Assembly: GCA_030770535.1 (NCBI GenBank)
Contig: JASVEC010000022.1
Span: 186,001 to 250,000, forward strand
DNA from: Batkoa obscura
Taxonomy: Eukaryota
DNA length: 64,000 bases
Reading direction: 5' to 3'
Part shown: positions 41,845 through 56,239 of the stretch, piece after piece
Layout: the number at the start of each line of letters is the position of its first letter
Position numbering within the stretch: position 1 is the stretch's first letter
Position numbers and translations under genes: made by a program
Notes under the pieces: generated by a model
The model's input: the letters and a program-made list of their open reading frames with translations, nothing else
Database searches by the model: none
Told to the model about the DNA's origin: nothing

Positions 41845-42745
41845 TTTACTTTTACTTTTTGGTACTTATCAACCTTTCACGTAGCTGTTTCCTTTTCTCT
41901 ATGAGCTCAATTATAACTTGCAGATATTCCAATCCTTCCTTCTCCAGTAAGATTTCTTCTTCTATAACCATCTCTTCTTCTTTTTCTTGGTTTGTATTAA
42001 GCACTCCTTCTCGCATGATTTGTACCTCACTCCCCTTTACCTCTGCTTCAATTTCTACATCTGCTTCTTGAATCTCAACAATTTCCTTCTCTAATTTTTC
42101 TAATTTAGCCTTCTCTTTTATTTGTGTTTCCTCTTCTATTCTTTTTAACTAGTTATTTTTTATATCCAGTTCTCTCTTTTTAGCTCGAATATCCTTCAAA
42201 TCTACTTTTTTTCTTTTTTCCAAATCTTTGATATTACTATCATACTTTTTAAGCACAAGGAAGTCAGAATCCAACTGTACTTTTTCTTTTTTTAAATTTT
42301 CTTTTATCAATATAAATTTTGATAATTCCACTTCCGAATTTTCCTTTTTAACAAGTAGTCGCTCTTTCTCCCTTTTAAATTCCTCTTTTTCTATTCCAAC
42401 TTTTGCTGCTCTATCTTCTATGCTTGGCATTTTTGATGCTTTTGAACTATTAATACGGTTCAATTCTTCTTCATTTTCGTTTTCAATATTTTCTTTCAAT
42501 GTTTTAATTCAACGATTAGATTTTGAATCTCCCAAATTAATTTATAATAAGCCTAAATAAATTGACTACCTTGGTTTATTTATTTAATAAACCTTACAGT
42601 CTTTTCATTTGGATCTATCATACCTTTTCTTTCAAGCTTAATCAGTTCAATATTGAAAATCTAGTGCTATTGTAATGAGTAAACCAAACTTAATAAAAAT
42701 GACTCCTTGCCTTCAATATTTGAATCAATTTCTTATAAACTTTTT
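41845..42745 (-). pseudogene. Coiled-coil family copy with in-frame TAG at 42149
   Basis: Family reading frame continues past the stop (LKRIEEE...LLEKEGLEYLQ...EKRKQL). Confidence 0.7.
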
Positions 42746-42794
42746 TAAATGTAAAAAATAAAAAATGAATGAATTGTGCTTATATAGTTACAAC

Positions 42795-42835
42795 AAAATC
42801 AAAATCAAAATCAAAATCAAAATCAAAATCAAAAT
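42795..42835. repeat. (AAAATC)n microsatellite inside a family promoter
   Basis: Six to seven tandem hexamers between the TATA-like and CCAAT-like elements. Confidence 0.9.
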
Positions 42836-43021
42836 TAGCGAATAATTACGTTTACGTTCAGATTATCATTTTTAGTATTACAATTATTTAATTTATCTAA
42901 ACTAGTGACATAGCGGCTATTTTATTTTATAAAGCTATCGAAATTAGATTGCAAACAGTCAAATTTAAGGTAAAAATAAAAACAACAACAAGCAGCTTGA
43001 TCTTTATTAGATTTTGCTTAT

Positions 43022-43930
43022 AATTTACTTTTGCTTTTTGATGCACTTTAATATTTCATGGGTTCTTTCCCTTTTCTTTTTTTCTTTCCTTTTTGTAAAT
43101 TTTTTAACCCTTCCTTCCCCGATACTGAATCTTCTTCCATAAATTACTTTTGATCTGGTCCTTGTTTCAATATAATCTTTTCTCTTTCTATAGTTTCTAT
43201 CTCAATTTCATCATCATCTGAATTGACTACTACATCCATTTTTTTGATCCTAACACTTTCGTTCTTTGATTTAGTATTTTCCTCTAATTTAGCTTGTTCA
43301 ATCTCAACTTTTTCCTTCAGTTTAGCTTCCTCTTCCATTTTTTTCAACTGACTATTTTTTGTAACCAGCTTTTCTTTTTTACCTTGAACACTCTTTGAAG
43401 CAGTTTTATTTCCTTTTTCTACATCTTTAATATCATCTTTATATTTTTCAATAGTCTCTAAATCCAAATCCAACTTTTCTCTACCCTTTTTCAGTTTCTG
43501 TTCTTCTTTTACAAATACCAATAATTCTCCTTCTAACGTTTCCTTTTTTTTAAGTATTGTACTATTTCAATTTTTATGGTCTCTTCTTTTGCCACTTTTA
43601 TCACTTCATCTTTTACTTTTGGTGCTTTTTTACTAATAATATGATTAAATTCTTCAATTTCAGTTTCAAAGTTTGTTCTCAATGCATTTAGTTCAATATT
43701 TAGTTTTTCTAACTTCTCTTTTAGTTTATATTAAGCCTAAATTGTTTAATTTTATTTAGTTTCAACAATATAAATTACATCTCTATAACTCGGATTTATC
43801 AAATCTTCTATTATAATAAGCTCATTTACTCCACTATTACTAGCCTAACGCCATTTAATATATCAAATAAAATTTAAATTATAATTATTACTTTTTCTTT
43901 CCAGCGTTTAAATTATCTTTTTGTAAACTC
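43022..43930 (-). pseudogene. Coiled-coil family copy, start codon lost, disrupted
   Basis: Family exon structure; the ATG position reads CCG; stops and frameshifts. Confidence 0.65.
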
Positions 43931-44089
43931 GGTTTTAGCGAATAAAAAACAGGAGATAAAAAACGATCACTTTATGTTTAAATAGTCATATCAAAATTTA
44001 ACTCATAATTCACCAATGATTTATACTCATTTCTAGAATACTATTTTATAGTGTCATAATTATTCATTTGATATTAATTTAAAAAAAAC

Positions 44090-44840
44090 CTACAATGCCC
44101 TAAACTTTATACATCAAACCACGATTCCTCACCCATTATTTCCATTTCATCTAATTCTTGACCTAGTCTGTCTTGCCCATTTTCTATCGTTTATATTTCA
44201 GTATTTTCTTTCCTCAATTTTGTTTCATTATCTATACTATCTATTATTTTCAATATTTTTTTATTTTGTCTTCCCATTTCGACTTTCTTTTTACTTAGCA
44301 CTTCTTTTCAATATGCTTCTTTTTCGCCCATTATTATATTCGTTTTCACTCTCAAGCTCCTATTATTATAATCGATCTTTTTTTTATAACTTAATACTGA
44401 TTTTTTCTTCGATTTGTAACGTTATAGTTTCTTCTAAAGATTTCATTGCTTTCAAACTTCATTTTTTAACTTAGTTCCCCTTCACTTATTTTAAGCCATT
44501 TAAAAACTGAATTTCCTTTGATATCTTTAAGTATTGATTTCATATAATTGAGTTCATTTATTGGTTCCCTTAAAATCCTTGAAGTTTCTATGAGTTCTAA
44601 GTTTACTGCAATTAGGTATCATCCTGATCAGTTTGCTTCATTATTTTATTATTTATTAAAATTACTTTATTTGAATTCTAGGTTTGTAACACTTCACTTA
44701 CTAAACGTTAACAATAATCCATTATTTTAACAATAGTTATCAAGCTAACTAACTCAACAGCTTTTCTGATCAGCTAGAATTTAGTACATGATTTGAGCTT
44801 CAATTATATTATCATCTTCAATTCAATCTTTTCATTCTAA
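44090..44840 (-). pseudogene. Coiled-coil family copy, heavily decayed
   Basis: Purine-rich minus strand with family-like segments; boundaries uncertain. Confidence 0.45.
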
Positions 44841-45226
44841 AAATTGAAAATTTGTGGAAATGTTTTTTTAATGTGTATTTTAATAGCAATTTTGTTGATT
44901 TTTATGTTAGTTAAAAAGTAGAAAAAATAAAAATAAAGATGAGCTTAAATTTATTTTTGGGTTAACATGGGATTATTGAAATTGAAATTAAAATATTTTA
45001 AAATGAAATATAAAATAATAAAATAAATTTTATTTATTTTATAACTTATTTACAACTTCTATTTATTTATAAATCATTAATATAAACACTTGAGAATTTT
45101 ATTTAAAAAAAAGTGACTACTCGTCTCTAACCAATAATAATTCCTTTCATTTCAATTTCAAAATTAGAAATCAACTTAATTGTTAAATATTTTTATATTT
45201 ATTAAAATTCATTCTAAAACTCTATT

Positions 45227-46086
45227 ATGACCAACAATAATCAATTTAAAGATTTTTCCTATTGTTTTTCAAATGATTTAAATTTTCCATTAAGGATAAA
45301 AATGTAATATTATTCACATATATTTATATATTAAATACAAATATTCCATATTACTAATATTTTATTATTTCAGTTTAAGTTTAGAAGGTTATCGAAAACC
45401 AGATAGTTATAGTGATCTTAGTGAATTTCCTGATAAAAGGTTTTCAGGTCTTAATTTAGCGTAAAAGAATTTAATTACTCATAAACATAATAATGTTAAT
45501 TGCAATTGATTATCTTTTAAAAAAATTTAGTTATTTCAAATCCGATCTACTTGTTGAACTGCAGTTATTTTCAAATGGTTTACCTATGGGAGAAAAAGTA
45601 CAAACGAGATATCAACAATTTACTAAAAGTTGGTGGTAAGTAATTTAATAGAATGATTAGTTAAAATCAAAATAGTGCAAATAATTAATAAATCGAATTC
45701 TTTTTAGCTGGAATGAAACTTTAACTTTACCGATAAGTATCAATAATTTACCTTATGATAGTATATTATATATTGAAGTTTCGGATATATTAAAACCTAT
45801 GCAAACCACTATTATTGGTGGTTGTTGTTTAAGTTTATTTACTAGTAATTGGTAAGTTCCATTAATTGAATTTAAGATTTAAGATTTAAAATTAGAATTG
45901 TAATTTATATTGACTATTCTTTATTTATTAGTAAATTGAGGACTGGAAAACAAAAATTAACAATCAAACCAATAACTAATGAAGAGGATTTTTATAATAC
46001 TTGTTTTAAAGAATATGATGAAATTGATAGGTTGGACAAAGTAAGTTTTATATTAAGTTTATTATATTACAATATTAATTAACTTA

Positions 46087-46126
<40 letters not shown>

Positions 46127-49041
46127 GTTAATAAAAAAACAAGAAGCTGGAGATTTAGAAAAACTAGAATGGTTAGATAAAATGACATTTTTAGAGATTG
46201 AAAAGATAAAAGAAGTAATCTATAATAATAATCTATTTATTTAGTTTTAATTTTGATTAAATAGAAAGAAACCTTATTAAGTAATAAATTATTTTTATAT
46301 ATTGAATTACCCAAATTTGATTTCCCATTGATCTTTCATGAAATGGTAGTATTTAATATAATAGTAACATCATAACAAACTAATATTCTTTTAAGGAATC
46401 CCAATTACCAGTAGGTCCAATTCATCGAGGTGGATCTAATTTAATTGTAATTGCAGACATGGAAATGTATAATGATAATCCAGTTGAAGAAAAACATCGA
46501 CGATTAGTTAGATCACATCGATCTGTATTAGTTGATAAAGAATTAAAACCAAATTCAAGAAATAGAGATCAATTAAATGTAATAATAATATATAATAATA
46601 TATAATAATAATAATAATAATAATATATAATCTAATCTAATCTAATAGTAACATATTAATATTTAATATTTAATAGAAAATTATAAAATATCCACCAACA
46701 CAATTATTAACTAGTGAAGAAAAAGATTTATTATGGAAATTTCGATTTTATTTAAAAAGAGATAAAAAAGTAAATTTATTTGATTATATTATAATTTATT
46801 TAATCAATTTATTGATTTATTATAGGCTTTAACTAAATTTTTAAAATGTGTTATGTGGAGTGATACAGTAGAATCTTCTCAAGCAGTAACTATATTAGAA
46901 GAATGGTCAGATATTGAAATTGAAGATGCATTGGAATTATTAGGACCTAATTTTGTAGATCCAAGGGTAAGAGGATATGCAGTTAAATTATTAGAAAAAG
47001 CAGCGGATGATGTAAGTAATTTTATTATATTAATTAATTAATTTAGAGAATAGAGAATTAAATGGGATTTCTTATTTATTTTAGGAATTACTACTTTATT
47101 TATTACAATTAGTTCAAGCACTTAAATTTGAAGAAACTACTACAGAACAATCCATGTCTTCTTTAGGGGAATTTTTATTATTAAGAGGAATTCAAAATTT
47201 TATTTTAGGAAATAGATTTATTTGGTGAGTATAATGAACAATAAAATATATAACAATAATATAACAATAGTATAATATAATATATAATAATTTATATTTA
47301 TATTTATATTATTTTAGGTATATAAAAGTAGAATGTAATGATAAAAAACATGGGTTAATATATCAAAAATTATTAGAAGAATTTGAGTTAAGGTTAAAAA
47401 ATTTTGAATTAGATTCAACAATTGATATAATTCATCAACAAACTAAATTAATTGATATTATTTTAATATTGTCAAAACAAATTCGATTATCAAAAGATAT
47501 TCGAACTAAAAAAGTAAGTTTAAAAAATATTATTAAATATAAAAGAATTAATAAATTTATTATTATCAATATTATTTAGATCGAAAAATTTAAACATACA
47601 TTATCTGATCCTAAATTTTTTTTAAATACTTTTGATCCAATTCCTTTTCCATTAGATGCTTCAATTCATGTTATTGGGGTTATTCCAGGTAATTTTAAAT
47701 TTTATAACAATAATAATAATAATAATAATAACTATAATTATTATAGTTATTATTATTATTATTTATTTATTATTTAAATTATTATTTATTTATTATTTAT
47801 TTATTATTTATTTATTTATTTTAGACAAATGTACTGTATTCAAATCCAATTTATTACCATTGAAGTTAATGTTTAAAACGACTGAAAATTTAGAATATCC
47901 AGTAATTTAACTATAATTCTATATTTAATAAAAATATAAATTAATAATAATAACTAATTAATTAGGTAATGTTTAAATATGGGGATGATTTACGACAAGA
48001 TCAATTAGTTATACAAATTATAATGTTGATGGATAATTTATTAAGAGCTGAAAATTTAGATTTGAAATTAAGTCCATATAAAGTATTAGCAACTGGAAAT
48101 GATGAAGGATTAATTCAATTTATACCTTCTATGTCATTAGCAACTATTTTAAATTTATATGATAATTCATTATTATCTTATTTAAAACAAAATCATTTTG
48201 ATCAAAATGCTCCATTAAATATTCAACCTTATGTTTTAGATAATTATTTAAAATCTTGTGGTAAATATTTAATAATAATAACAATAATAATATGGGGGTG
48301 TTTTTTTTATTTCATTACTTTTTTCATTTTTTAAGCATTATTTAAGTGGAAAGATTGTTAGTAAAATTCTTAAACAAAAAAATACATCCCTATATATAAA
48401 TATAATTAATTAATATTAACATTATTATTCTTATAGCTGGTTATTGCGTTATTACTTATTTATTAGGAGTAGGTGATCGACATTTAGATAATTTATTATT
48501 AACTCAAGATGGTAAAAATAATATACTAATAATAGTAAAATATTTAATTAATAATTAATATTTGTTTATTAAATTAGGTAAACTTTTCCACATTGATTTT
48601 GGTTACTTTTTAGGACGAGATCCCAAGCCATTCCCACCTCCAATGAAATTATGTAAAGAAATGGTGGAAGCTATGGGTGGTGCTAATTCTCCTCAATATG
48701 CTAAATTTTTATCTTATTGTTTTGTGGCTTTTAATTCATTAAGAAAATCAGCTAATTTAATATTAAATTTATTATCTTTAATGTTAGATGCGGATATTCC
48801 AGATATTGCTATTGAACCAGATAAAGCAGTAATGAAAGTAAGTTTTTTTTAATAAGAGTATGAATGAAGCTTTATTAATATATGTTTTTATTATGAATAG
48901 GTACAAGAAAAATTTTGTTTAGAAATGAGTGATGAAGAAGCAATTCAACATTTTCAAACTTTAGTTAATGAATCCGTGTCTGCTTTATTTCCTCAAGTTA
49001 TTGAAACAATTCATAAATGGGCACAATATTGGAGGAAATAA
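45227..49041 (+). CDS. VPS34: Class III phosphatidylinositol 3-kinase, intron-rich
   Basis: WNETLTLP (C2), [56 protein letters not shown] and the C-terminus [10 protein letters not shown]. Confidence 0.98.
48294..48391 (+). mobile_element. MITE copy 7, inside a VPS34 intron
   Basis: Family sequence with ATAT on both sides. Confidence 0.9.
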
Positions 49042-49119
49042 AAACTCAAATTCAATTAAATAAATTAAATTAAATAAATTAAACAAATCAAATAAATTAA
49101 ACAAATTAAATAAATTATA

Positions 49120-50672
49120 TTATTTATTATTATTATTATTTTCATTAATAATATTCTCTTCTTGATTATTTTTATAATCTTCTAATTTAGCATTGAAATG
49201 AAATTTATCATTCAAATTAAATAAATTAAATAAATTAGGTTGCCAACAAGCCAAATCATATGAACCTGTTAATAAACTCATATAACCTGGATTAAAACCA
49301 ACTGTTGTTATTGGTGTATTTTTATGAGATATTAAAGATTTTATAGCTGGATAAAATTTATATTGAAGATTATATGAATCATATTTCTCATATTTTAAAT
49401 CCCATATATCTAATGTACCATCATAACATCCTATAATAATAATAATAATAATAAGATATAGTAAAATAATTATTAATTATTAATTATTAATTATTAATTA
49501 ATTGTTAATATTAAATATATATAATAAATTGTTATTTACCTGAAAATATAAATCTACCATCTGGAGAAATAGAAACATCTGCTCCATTATTTAATAACGA
49601 ATATTCATTATTTAATGAATTTGGTATAACTTTGGATCGAAATAAAGGCATCATAGATTTTCTTCCATCAAAAGCATTAAATACATGATGATAAGCACCA
49701 TTTGTTGTTAATAATAAATTTTCTCCATCATTTGTAAATTTTAAACTTGTCCATTTACAATTAGTTGATGTTTCAATATTAAAATATTGAAATCCTCCCT
49801 AAAAAAATAACATTAACTGAATTATTTATGTTGATCTTTTTTTTGAATGTTAATATTAATTCAAATATTACCTGTTGAATCTTTCGAATATCAAATAATG
49901 TAATACCCCCTCTACCTTGATCTGCAACAGCTAATACTCTACCAGTAGGATCTAAACCAAGATGTGTATTTCCTTTGATACCAAATTTTAACTAATTGAA
50001 AACAAAAACATTTATTAATCCTCAATTATCTCACAATAAATTTCGAAAAATAATCAAGATTATTACCACTTCCCCATCATTTCTAATATCCCAAAATCGA
50101 ACTGTTTTATCTATTGAAGCACTAAAAAAGGTATCTTCATGGGGAGAAACTTGAAGGGAAGATACTAAATCCGTATGACCACGGAAATAACGGATGTATC
50201 GGTTATCTGGGAGAGAAAGATAGCGAATGATTATTTCATCAGATTTCACAGAAGGGTCAGAAGCATAGATTAATTTATCTATTGAATGACTGAATTTTAT
50301 CACTCCTACACCATATTTTTTACTATAAAGACTAGTTTTTAAACTATAATAAAAGTAATATTAATATTAATATTAATATTAATAATTGAAAGTTATTATT
50401 TATTTATTATTATTATTATTGTTTATTATTATTATTTTAATTTAAACTTACGTTCCATTTGTACAATCAATTAAATTAATGGAATTATCTTCAAAAGAAA
50501 TAGCTGCATAATTCGAATCATCACTAAAATCAATGGCTTTACTTAAATATTTATTAGTTTCAGATTTATTTTGTTGTTCAGTTGGATTTAATATTCGTTT
50601 TGATACTCGAAAACTACCAATAATGGATGGAATTAAAGGTAACGGTTTATGAATTAATTTATTTTTTTTCAT
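49120..50672 (-). CDS. SWD2: WD40 protein Swd2/WDR82 (COMPASS/CPF subunit)
   Basis: SKKYGVG, IRYLSLPDNRYIRYFRGH, DKTVRFWDIR, LKFTNDG and FNPGY. Confidence 0.92.
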
Positions 50673-50815
50673 GTTATTTGAAGAAATTAAAATTAAGAAA
50701 ATGAAAACGTAATTTTTAGATTTTATAAACAAAATTCAAAATTCAAAATTCAAAAAAAAAATTAGAAAATAATATAAAATTTCAAAGTTTTATTAGATTA
50801 AAAAATATAACTTAA

Positions 50816-52692
50816 TTAATTCCCATCCAAACATTTTAAATCCATTTGATTTAATAGTATAATTAACACCTTTGCCTCCTTAATTAGTCCCTTAACACTT
50901 TCCTTCAAGCTCAAGTCAAACTCTTTACTATCTCCTTTAATACCATCAATTAATTGAAATATATCTTTTAAAAACTTGGAATTATCCTGTAAAAATCGTT
51001 GCCAAAGGTAAGGAGGAAGTTCTTCACAATTTGCAATTAAATTTAAACTAGACACTAATAATTGAGTCGAATCTTCAGCTGCAATAATATAACTAATAAT
51101 TGTAGATAAATCCTTAGTTTCATTTACACTAAAATTTAACATATCACCTCCATGAATGGGGGATAATAAATTGCCTCGATCTCGATCCCTATCTTTTTCA
51201 GATATTTTATATTCAATACACAATAATTGAATCGCTTTAAATGCTATCTGAGTACATGTACTGACACTATTATATAACTCTTGTGATTTATTTGTTTCTT
51301 CTTCTTGTGGAGTGGGATCACTGAGGGGATCAATTATGTTATTATTATTGTCACTATTATTATTAACATTATCTTCAATATTAACATTTAATTTTAATTT
51401 ATGATTTTGTTCTTGATATTCGAATTGATTATTTTCTTCTTGTTTAAAAGTAACTACTTTTTTATTTGTACTGAATAAATTTAATAACTTAAGATAAGCT
51501 TGTCTTAAAAATAAGGTTGCTTCATGTAAAATAAAAGCTAAATTTTTAATTAAATTATTATTAATTTGATTAAATTGAATTTGTATTAATTGAATTAAAT
51601 TTTTTAAATTGGAAATTAATAATTTAACCCATTTTAATTTGAATTCAAAATTAATACAATTCATTAAATTATTAATTGATTTTTGATATTCTTTAGTTAC
51701 TTCTAATTGATTTATTATAGTAATATATGGATAAAATCGATCTAATAATAATTGTATTGAATAAATTATATCTAATAATATTATATTACTTTCTAATATT
51801 TCTTTATCTTGTGTTTTATTGACTTTTTGTTGATATTTGATTAATTTCAATTGACATTTTTTTAATAATATTAATTGATCTTCTTCATTATTTTCTTCAT
51901 CTGAAGTATAATTCATTTCATATTTTTCTTTAGGTAATCTTAAACTAATTGGTCGATCCATTATTTTATTATTCTTATTCTTTTTTTTCATTTTAATGTC
52001 CATTTGTTTCATTTTAATACTCATCTTTTTCTTTGGTTTAATAGTTTTAATTTCTAAGCTTTCTGTTGAATCACTGTTACCTTCTAAGTGATTCTCATTG
52101 GAATCAGATAAACTTTTACTATTATTTTCTTCATCACTGAATGTAGTTATATTCCCACTATGATTTTCTTCAATTTGTTTATTATTATCTTGTTTATCAT
52201 TTTGACATTCTAAATATTCTTTTGAATTATCAGATGAACTCCTTCTACTATTATTGTTTCTACTATTATTATTTCTACTATTATATATATCACTATTAAT
52301 AATATCTTCTTCTATTTCTTCACTAAGTGTTCCAATCTCTTTAACTTTGTTAACTTTAATAGTCACCCCGTTTTGATCTAATGAATTTAATCGACTTCTT
52401 TGTTTTAATTGATAGTTGTTTTCTTCTAATGAATTCATACGACTTTTTTCTTTACTTGTTAAATTAAATTCATCTAAATTACTTAAACTAGTGGCTTCTT
52501 TTTTAGAAGATTTCATTTCATCTATTGAATTCATACGACTTCTTTCCTTTGTTGGTGATTTTAATTCATCTATTGAATTCATTCGACTTCTCTGTTTATT
52601 AAATTCAAATTCATCGCATAATTGTAATTTATGATGAGTATTATTGTTTGGTGATATCATGACACTATCATATGAATTCATTCGATCTCTCA

Positions 52693-52741
<49 letters not shown>

Positions 52742-53801
52742 TATTGATAATCTTTCATTCGTATAACTGGATTCAACATCACTAGAACTTATTCTAAACA
52801 TTAATTATAGTATATTTCATAAATTATTTTACCTGGTTTCATGTTCCAAATCATTATCTTTAAACTCATTATGACTCTCTTCCATATCTACTTTACTAAC
52901 ACTTTCCTTTTTACTTGGTATATTAATAGGCTTCGATTTCAATCCACCAATTGTTTTTGCTTTAGATATTTTTAATTTATTTTCTGAATGATGAGCATTT
53001 AAAGTAGAACGATTTCGATTAAAATTAGCTTGATTATTTTCTCTTTCCAATAAATATTTTTTTAATTGAATTAACCATTTCACTTTATCTTCTATTTTCA
53101 CTTTATCTAATAACTCTAAACTGGGATGGAATGGATTATTCTCAATTTTTAAAATTTCTAACCGATGCATTTTCCCGATGTAAGAAGGTAGTGTGACTAA
53201 ATGATTTTTACTAATGTTGAGCATCTATAACAATAGTTAATATAATTCATTATAGATTTTATTTATCTGGCTTAATTACTCTTAACTCTAATAAGTTATT
53301 AGCTTCTTTAGGCAACATCCTTAACTTATTTCTAGATATATCTAAGATCTCTAAGTTGGGTAAATAGCATAACTAAATTAATAATAAAGTACTGTTAATT
53401 TACTATATTAACTTAGTAATTATTAAATTCAAACTCACCACTTTAGGAAACTCAGTAAAGTTATTTGACCTTAAATTTAAATGAACTAAATGTTCAAAAT
53501 TCTTTAAAAATTTTGGTAATGTGGATAATTGATTATAAAACAAACTTAGTCTAAAAAATAATTATTAGTGTTTTGTATTCAGTTATTTCTACAATGTTCA
53601 TTTTACTTACTTTTCTAATCCTACTTTATAACTTTCCAAATCACTCGGTAATTCAGTTAATTTTTTATTCGTTAAATCAATAAATTTCGTCACTTTACCC
53701 CCACCACTTCCACCACCACTTCTGTGGCTACTTGAGCCTGAGCCCTGCTTTTGTGGTCCACTATTAATCGTTGGATTATTTTTTAATTTTGGACTTGACA
53801 T
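50816..53801 (-). CDS. SOG2: Leucine-rich repeat protein, Sog2-like (RAM network)
   Basis: N-terminal LRRs (LSLFYNQLSTLP, LNLRSNNFTEFP, LEILDISRNKL, LKIENNP), then a low-complexity linker and a helical C-terminal region. The gene symbol rests on architecture. Confidence 0.65.
52695..52745. repeat. (AAT)n microsatellite encoding poly-Asn
   Basis: About 16 tandem trinucleotides in the SOG2-like CDS. Confidence 0.95.
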
Positions 53802-54039
53802 TATTAAAATTATTAAAATTATCAAAATTATTAAAAGTTCCAAATATAAATTTAACAGTTTTGAATACTATTTATTTTGAGTGCTAATTTTATCTCATTA
53901 AATGAAAATGAAATCATTGGTAGAAGCTTACTAAAATTGAATGAAAATGGTGGGAAAATTATTGATGATTGGCGAGGTTTGATGGTTGCGTGGAGGCCAT
54001 GAATTAAAGTTTAAGAGGATTTAGTAATCAATAATTTTT

Positions 54040-54750
54040 TAACAAACTTTTATAAGTGCAGCTTCAACGCCGAAAAGCATAAGATAATAGTACGGTTTAA
54101 ATTCAAATCTATACACTATATTCTACCAGATAATAAAGATAGAAAGAATAATCAATGATACAACAGATAAATCCAGATCAATAAAGCGTCATTTAGATAC
54201 ATTAAGGGAACCAATAGGATGGTTGGATGCATACAAAGTAAGTCGTTTGAAAAAATATCAATGATTCATAAAAACCTACTTAGGACTTAGGATAGCCCAA
54301 AGTTTGAGCCGGAGAGTTGTATTTACCTTGAAAGTTTTAGGAAAGAAATGAAGGTTTGGAATCGAATCCGCAGGAACTTAGAAGTGAAAGCAGCAGGAAA
54401 AAATAGTATAGAAAAATAATAATGAGGCATTAGAGGATAAAGTGATGGAAAAGAAGAGGCTAATAACTATGAGGCACAAATAAATGAAAATGGTAAAATA
54501 TTAGAAGAGATAGTTCGACTGAAACAACAAAAGAATATGATAAAAGGTGTTAGAATGGTAGAAGGAATTATTTTGGAAGAAGAAACTAGAATACTAGAGC
54601 AATTTAAATTGAAAGAGAAAGTAAAAGTAAAAGCAAACTTGAAACAATAAGAAACCATGATTGAAATGAGTACTATAATAAAGGAGAACACTAAGACGAA
54701 AAAGCTTTAAAGGGAAAAGATATCTCTGCTATAAAAAAGGTCATATATAG
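54040..54750 (+). pseudogene. Coiled-coil family copy, decayed
   Basis: FNAEK-type exon 1 and Lys/Glu-rich segments (ILEEIVRLKQQK); many stops. Confidence 0.5.
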
Positions 54751-55174
54751 TAGAGGGTGGGTTAAAATATAAATAGTGAGAGAAGACAAGTTATATCAAA
54801 ATTAAAAATAAGCGGTAAACATTTAATAAAGGTTGCGTTTTACTAAATAAAGAAGAACTGATTATTTATAAAAATAAAGGTCATGCGAAATACTAAGGGA
54901 TGCTATAAGTACTAAGCAAATCATAAAAAAACATTAAAGCTTAGTTTTTTAGCAGTATCATGTTGTATTTATTACAATTCTAATTTCTTATATTTTATTT
55001 GTATTTTAAAACCATTGCAGTAACAATAACGTTGTTATTAATTCATACCAACTTGATAATGACGTTAGAATAATAGCTTTAAGATAAGCCACGCTTATTG
55101 GTTGATTTTTCATTTCGGTCTTGACTATTTAATCAGATTTTTTTTAAATAATCAGGGTTTTAAGTTTATTGATT

Positions 55175-55980
55175 ATGAATTTACAAATAAATAGTTCAAA
55201 TAGTTCAAATAGTTCAAATAGTTCAAATAGTTTAAAAGGAGAGGTGATTTTTATTGTTTAAATATTGTTCAATTTATTAAGTAGTGTTAGACAAGTAGTG
55301 GTAGCACAAGTGAACTTATAATGACAGAAGAGATGGTAAATTCAAATATATGAAATTGAACTCTAGTTATAGACTAATCCACTTATTTAGATTTATTCGG
55401 AACTAAAAAGAGAAATAAGATGGTTAAAGTTATATTTAAAAATGCTGAAAGCAAAGGTGAATATAAAAGAAGGAAACTTACACACTCTAAAGCACATAAA
55501 GAAACTACAAGAAGCGATATTAAAAAATATGAAGCTGGAAATTATTAAAGATGAAGAAAACTTGAGCATTAAAAAACAAAAATTGGAAACCGATCTACTG
55601 GAACTTTCAAAAAATGATGCGAAGATAATAGATATTGAAAAAAAGAATATAGAAGCGTCAAAGGTTATTCATACTAAAGAAAGAGAACTGGGAACAAAAA
55701 ATAATCAATTACATAAGATGGAAGAAAAAACTGAATTGGAGAAAGAAGAGAGCGTATCGCAAGTAGCGAAAGGAGAAGAAAAGTCGGACGAAGGAAGTAT
55801 TAGTATACTACCAAAAAAGAACAAGGCGTATTAAACCAAGAGTTGGATGAGAAGGAACTTAAGTAAAAGGATACTTTACTGGAAAAGGAAATTTGTAGTT
55901 TTAGCAAATGAATAAAAGTGAAATAAGAGATCGTATGAATTATTAAAGAATTCTGAAACTTAACGATGAATTATGAATAA
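55175..55980 (+). pseudogene. Coiled-coil family copy, disrupted; 9-bp repeat (AAATAGTTC) in exon 1
   Basis: Family promoter at about 55097-55133, 3-exon layout, KERELGTKNNQL motif, frameshifts. Confidence 0.65.
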
Positions 55981-56239
55981 GTTTAACAAAACTTATCACC
56001 CCCATTATATTCTTTTATTATTGGTTTTTTTTAAACATCTATTGTTCTTGTTATTTATATTACAATACTATTACTTAATAAAACAAGAGCTACATCATTA
56101 ATTAAAAGTAATAATTAGAATGTTTACTTTAAAATTTAGAAATTTACTATGATTATTGGTTGATTTTTATTTCAATTTTAGTAGAGTATTTCAGCATAAT
56201 TTGTCTCTTAGGTTTTAGTTCTGATTTAACTGATTAAAA

